Shown here piece after piece: positions 60,964 through 64,000 of a stretch of DNA of 64,000 nt; position 1 is the stretch's first letter, and each line of letters opens with the position of its first letter. Source of the DNA: Vicinamibacterales bacterium. GTDB taxonomy: Bacteria > Acidobacteriota > Vicinamibacteria > Vicinamibacterales > UBA2999. The notes under the pieces are model-generated. The model saw nothing but the letters and a program-made list of their open reading frames with translations. It had not been told where the DNA came from and searched no databases. The position numbers and the translations under genes were made by a program. The DNA lies in contig JBAZYO010000018.1 of NCBI GenBank assembly GCA_041659285.1, forward strand, positions 14,181-78,180, read 5' to 3'.

Positions 60964-63282
60964 GTGAACCCGGTTCTGGTATTCTCGATTTCATCCGTGC
61001 GGTTCCACTTCACCCTCGTCCTGACGTGCGTCGTCCTGCTGGGCGCTTTCGCGCGGCCGGCGCACGCGCAGATCGTGCCCGGCTGGAACACCAAGCAGTT
61101 CGCGCTCGAGCGCATCGACGCCGATCGCGTCCGGCTGATGCGCGAGGTGGAGATTGAAGGCGAAGCGAGCGGCCCCAACGCCGGCCAGAAGTTTTTCGCC
61201 GACGACCTCGAGATGAACACGAAGACGGGCGAGCTGACCGCCCGCGGCAACGTCGTGTTCCAGACGCCCACCTCCCGCATTGCCGCCGAGAGCGTTGTCT
61301 TCAACACCAAGACCAAGCTGGGGACTTTCACCAGCGCCACCGGCATCGCGCAACTCGGCGAGCGCGGCCTCGAGAACCGCAGCATGTTCGGCACGATGGA
61401 GCCGGACGTGTATTTCTACGGCGCGGAGATCGAGAAGGTCGGGCCCGACAAGTATCGAATCAACAAGGGCGGCTTCACCACGTGCGTGCAGCCGACGCCG
61501 CGGTGGGAAATCGTCAGCGGCCGCGCCACCGTCAACCTCAACGACTACGTCGTGATGCGCAACGCGGTGGTCCGCGTGAAGGACGTGCCGGTGTTCTACC
61601 TGCCGATCATGTATTACCCGATCCAGGACGATGACCGCGCCACCGGGTTCCTGCTGCCCAGCTACGGCGCCTCGACCTACCAGGGGTCGTCGATCAGCAA
61701 CGCCTTCTTCTGGGCCATCAACCGCAGCCAGGACCTCACGCTGTTCCACGACTGGTACTTCTCGCGCGGCACCGGCATGGGCACCGAGTATCGCTACCTG
61801 ATGGGGCCGCGGGCCCAAGGCAACCTGCGCGCCTATTGGCTCAACGAGCAGGAGGCCGTCATCAACGGCTCGACGCGGCCGGCGCGAAAGAGCCAGGTCA
61901 TCACCGGCGGCCTGAGCCAGGGCCTGCCGTTCCGCCTCTCGGCGCGCGCCAACGTTGACTACTCGACCGACGTCACCACCCGGCAGCTGTACAGCAACAA
62001 TTTCCTCGATGCCACGACCAGCCGGCGCACGGTGAACGGCGGGGTGACGGGCTCGTGGGGCGGCCTCAGTGTGAACTCGGTGTTCGAGCGGACCGAATAC
62101 TTCTACAACGCCACCGATTCGCAGGTGAACGGCCGGGCGCCCGGGTTCTCGGCGTCGTACAGCGGCCGCAAGCTCCCCTTCCTGCCGGTGTACTTCTCCA
62201 TCAACACCGACGCCGCGCACGTGCTGTACATCGGCAAGACCGCGACCGCCACGGTGGACAAGAGCCTGACCCAGGTGGACGTGTCACCGTCGTTGCGGGC
62301 GCCGCTCAGCACGCTGCCTTTCCTGTCGGTCAACGCCACGCTCGCCTACCGCACGACCTACTACAGCGAGAGCCTGGCCGCCGACCAGCGCACGCAGATC
62401 GACGAAGCCGTGACGCGCAGCTACGCCGACATGCGGGCCGACGTGGTCGGGCCGGTGTTCTCCCGCGTCTTCATGCCGAACAACGCCTTTGCCGAACGGA
62501 TGAAGCACGTGATCGAGCCGACGTTCTCGGTGCAGCGGCGGACGGCCATCGTCTCACAGAGCCGCGTGCCGCAGACGTCGGGCCGCTTCGACACGATCAT
62601 CGGCGGCTCCACGCAGCTGTCGTACGGCCTCGCCAACCGCTTGCTGGTGCGCAAGAAGGCCGAGGGCGCCGCGCCGGCCGGCGCGCCGCAGGAACTGCTG
62701 AACGTCTCAATCCGGCAGAGCTACTACAGCGACGAGCGGGCCAGCCAGTACGACCCGGCGTTCGGCTACAGCCAGGGCCGCCCGGCCAGCCCGTTCTCGC
62801 CGATCTCCCTGTCGGCCCGGGCCCTGCCGCTGCAGCCGATGTCGGTGGACTTCCGCATGGAGTACGATCCGCGCACCGAGGCCACCTTCAAGGTGATCGG
62901 CTACGGCCTGAACGGCGCCTATCGCACCGACCTGCTCGAGGCGTCGGCCGGATGGAGCCGGCAGAACTACGGCGCCGCGGCGGCGGGCCGCTCGAACAAC
63001 TACGTGCAGCAGAGCACGCAATTGCGCTTCGGCGGCGGCCGCTACGGCGGCACCGTGTCGTTCAACTACGACATCGCCCGCTCGACGCTGCTGAACCACC
63101 GCTACATCGCGTTCTACAACGCCCAGTGCTGCGGCGTGTCGTTCGAGTACCTCGCCTACAACTACGGGTCGGGCACCAACCTGATCGTGCCCCAGAACCG
63201 CCGGTTCAACATGTCCTTCACGCTGGCCGGGGTCGGGTCCTTTTCCAATTTCTTCGGGGCATTCGGCGGCGGGACGTATTAA
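60964..63282 (+). CDS. lptD: LPS-assembly outer membrane protein LptD (OstA family)
   Basis: Has a signal peptide (ARPAHA-QI), an OstA-like N-domain (ARGNVVFQTP) and a large beta-barrel rich in aromatic/Gly strands. The exact start is uncertain. Confidence 0.8.
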   Translation: MNPVLVFSISSVRFHFTLVLTCVVLLGAFARPAHAQIVPGWNTKQFALERIDADRVRLMREVEIEGEASGPNAGQKFFADDLEMNTKTGELTARGNVVFQTPTSRIAAESVVFNTKTKLGTFTSATGIAQLGERGLENRSMFGTMEPDVYFYGAEIEKVGPDKYRINKGGFTTCVQPTPRWEIVSGRATVNLNDYVVMRNAVVRVKDVPVFYLPIMYYPIQDDDRATGFLLPSYGASTYQGSSISNAFFWAINRSQDLTLFHDWYFSRGTGMGTEYRYLMGPRAQGNLRAYWLNEQEAVINGSTRPARKSQVITGGLSQGLPFRLSARANVDYSTDVTTRQLYSNNFLDATTSRRTVNGGVTGSWGGLSVNSVFERTEYFYNATDSQVNGRAPGFSASYSGRKLPFLPVYFSINTDAAHVLYIGKTATATVDKSLTQVDVSPSLRAPLSTLPFLSVNATLAYRTTYYSESLAADQRTQIDEAVTRSYADMRADVVGPVFSRVFMPNNAFAERMKHVIEPTFSVQRRTAIVSQSRVPQTSGRFDTIIGGSTQLSYGLANRLLVRKKAEGAAPAGAPQELLNVSIRQSYYSDERASQYDPAFGYSQGRPASPFSPISLSARALPLQPMSVDFRMEYDPRTEATFKVIGYGLNGAYRTDLLEASAGWSRQNYGAAAAGRSNNYVQQSTQLRFGGGRYGGTVSFNYDIARSTLLNHRYIAFYNAQCCGVSFEYLAYNYGSGTNLIVPQNRRFNMSFTLAGVGSFSNFFGAFGGGTY

Positions 63283-63296
63283 CATCGTCTGCTGTC

Positions 63297-64000
63297 ATGG
63301 TCAAAGTTCTCGTCACCGGCGGCGCCGGTTTTATCGGCAGCAACTTCGTGCGGTATGCGCTGCAGACGCACCCCGACTGGCACGTCACCAATCTCGACAA
63401 GCTGACCTACGCCGGCCGCATGGAGAACCTGCACGACGTCATCGACAACCCGCGCCATACGTTCGTGCACGGCGACATCCTCGACGCCGCGGTGGCGGGT
63501 CCGCTGGTCGAAGCCGCCGACTACGTCGTGCACTTCGCCGCCGAGACCCACGTCGATCGCTCGATCATGGCGGCCGGTGACTTCATCAAGACCGACGTCG
63601 AAGGTTCGTTCGTGCTGCTCGAAGCGGCGCGGCGCAACCCGACGCTGAAGCGCTTCGTGCAGATTTCCACCGACGAGGTCTACGGCAGCGTGGCCGAGGG
63701 CTCGAGCGTCGAGACCGACGAGTTGCGGCCGCGCAACCCGTACGCCGCGAGCAAGGCCGGCGCCGACCGCCTGGCCTACAGCTACTGGGCCACCCACGAC
63801 GTGCCGGTCATCGTCACCCGCGCCTCGAACAACTACGGGCCGTACCAGTTCCCCGAGAAGATCCTGCCGCTGTTCGTCACCAACCTGATGGACAACGTCC
63901 CGGTGCCGCTCTACGGCGACGGCGGCAACATCCGCGACTGGCTGCACGTGCTCGACCACTGCCGCGCGCTCGACCTGCTGATTCACACCGGCACCAACGG
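63297..64000 (+). CDS. rfbB: dTDP-glucose 4,6-dehydratase (5' partial, runs off the window)
   Basis: My own translation gives MVKVLVTGGAGFIGSNFVRY...DKLTYAGRMENL...YAASKAGADRL (YxxxK). It is absent from the track because no stop lies within the window. Confidence 0.9.
   Translation, partial: MVKVLVTGGAGFIGSNFVRYALQTHPDWHVTNLDKLTYAGRMENLHDVIDNPRHTFVHGDILDAAVAGPLVEAADYVVHFAAETHVDRSIMAAGDFIKTDVEGSFVLLEAARRNPTLKRFVQISTDEVYGSVAEGSSVETDELRPRNPYAASKAGADRLAYSYWATHDVPVIVTRASNNYGPYQFPEKILPLFVTNLMDNVPVPLYGDGGNIRDWLHVLDHCRALDLLIHTGTN

Overview
High-GC (roughly two-thirds G+C by eye) bacterial chromosomal segment. It is densely packed with about 54 protein-coding genes, most of them core housekeeping. 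The gene content (Oar-like TonB-dependent receptor, PD40/OmpA fusion, HEAT-cyclophilin lipoprotein) and the hairpin repeat families suggest an Acidobacteriota-like soil bacterium; this is inference only.

Recognisable blocks:
- An M16 peptidase pair with HAD, GNAT and an Ig-like protein (minus strand, 952-5467).
- ileS-lspA-lgt-rluD (5499-10767).
- A PD40/OmpA envelope protein.
- An NHL protein followed by a quinohemoprotein PQQ alcohol dehydrogenase.
- A five-gene czcCBA plus response regulator/histidine kinase operon (19842-27526).
- lon and dksA; rpmB-ridA; rel.
- A TPR lipoprotein followed by a large TonB-dependent receptor.
- tonB-exbB-exbD-exbD.
- A long minus-strand run tgt-yajC-secD-secF-uppP-DUF502-hppA.
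- ddl; a HEAT-cyclophilin protein coupled to an OSBS/NAAAR-type enolase.
- A deoxynucleoside kinase; accD-folC; lptD; a 5' partial rfbB.

I found no rRNA, tRNA, CRISPR array, transposase, integrase or recognisable defence system.

The unexplained signal is in the non-coding and orphan parts:
1. Two tandem Lys/Ala-rich micro-ORFs (16 and 17 aa, too short for the ORF track), each with an SD site and a terminator. They lie behind a near-consensus promoter with an operator-like palindrome (54416-54917).
2. A 142-nt structured repeat element inside the exbB-exbD operon.
3. A roughly 36% GC island with a 24-bp palindrome upstream of an orphan secreted protein (15600-16325).
4. A translationally coupled pair of unknown secreted or anchored proteins (12587-14247).
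5. A roughly 520-nt low-GC, hairpin-rich divergent region next to an 8-Cys protein of unknown function.
6. Several REP-like hairpin families and short direct-repeat arrays.

CDS coordinates come from the supplied ORF track, with starts refined by counting residues. Non-coding coordinates were counted by hand and may be off by a few nt. No database search or folding calculation was possible.
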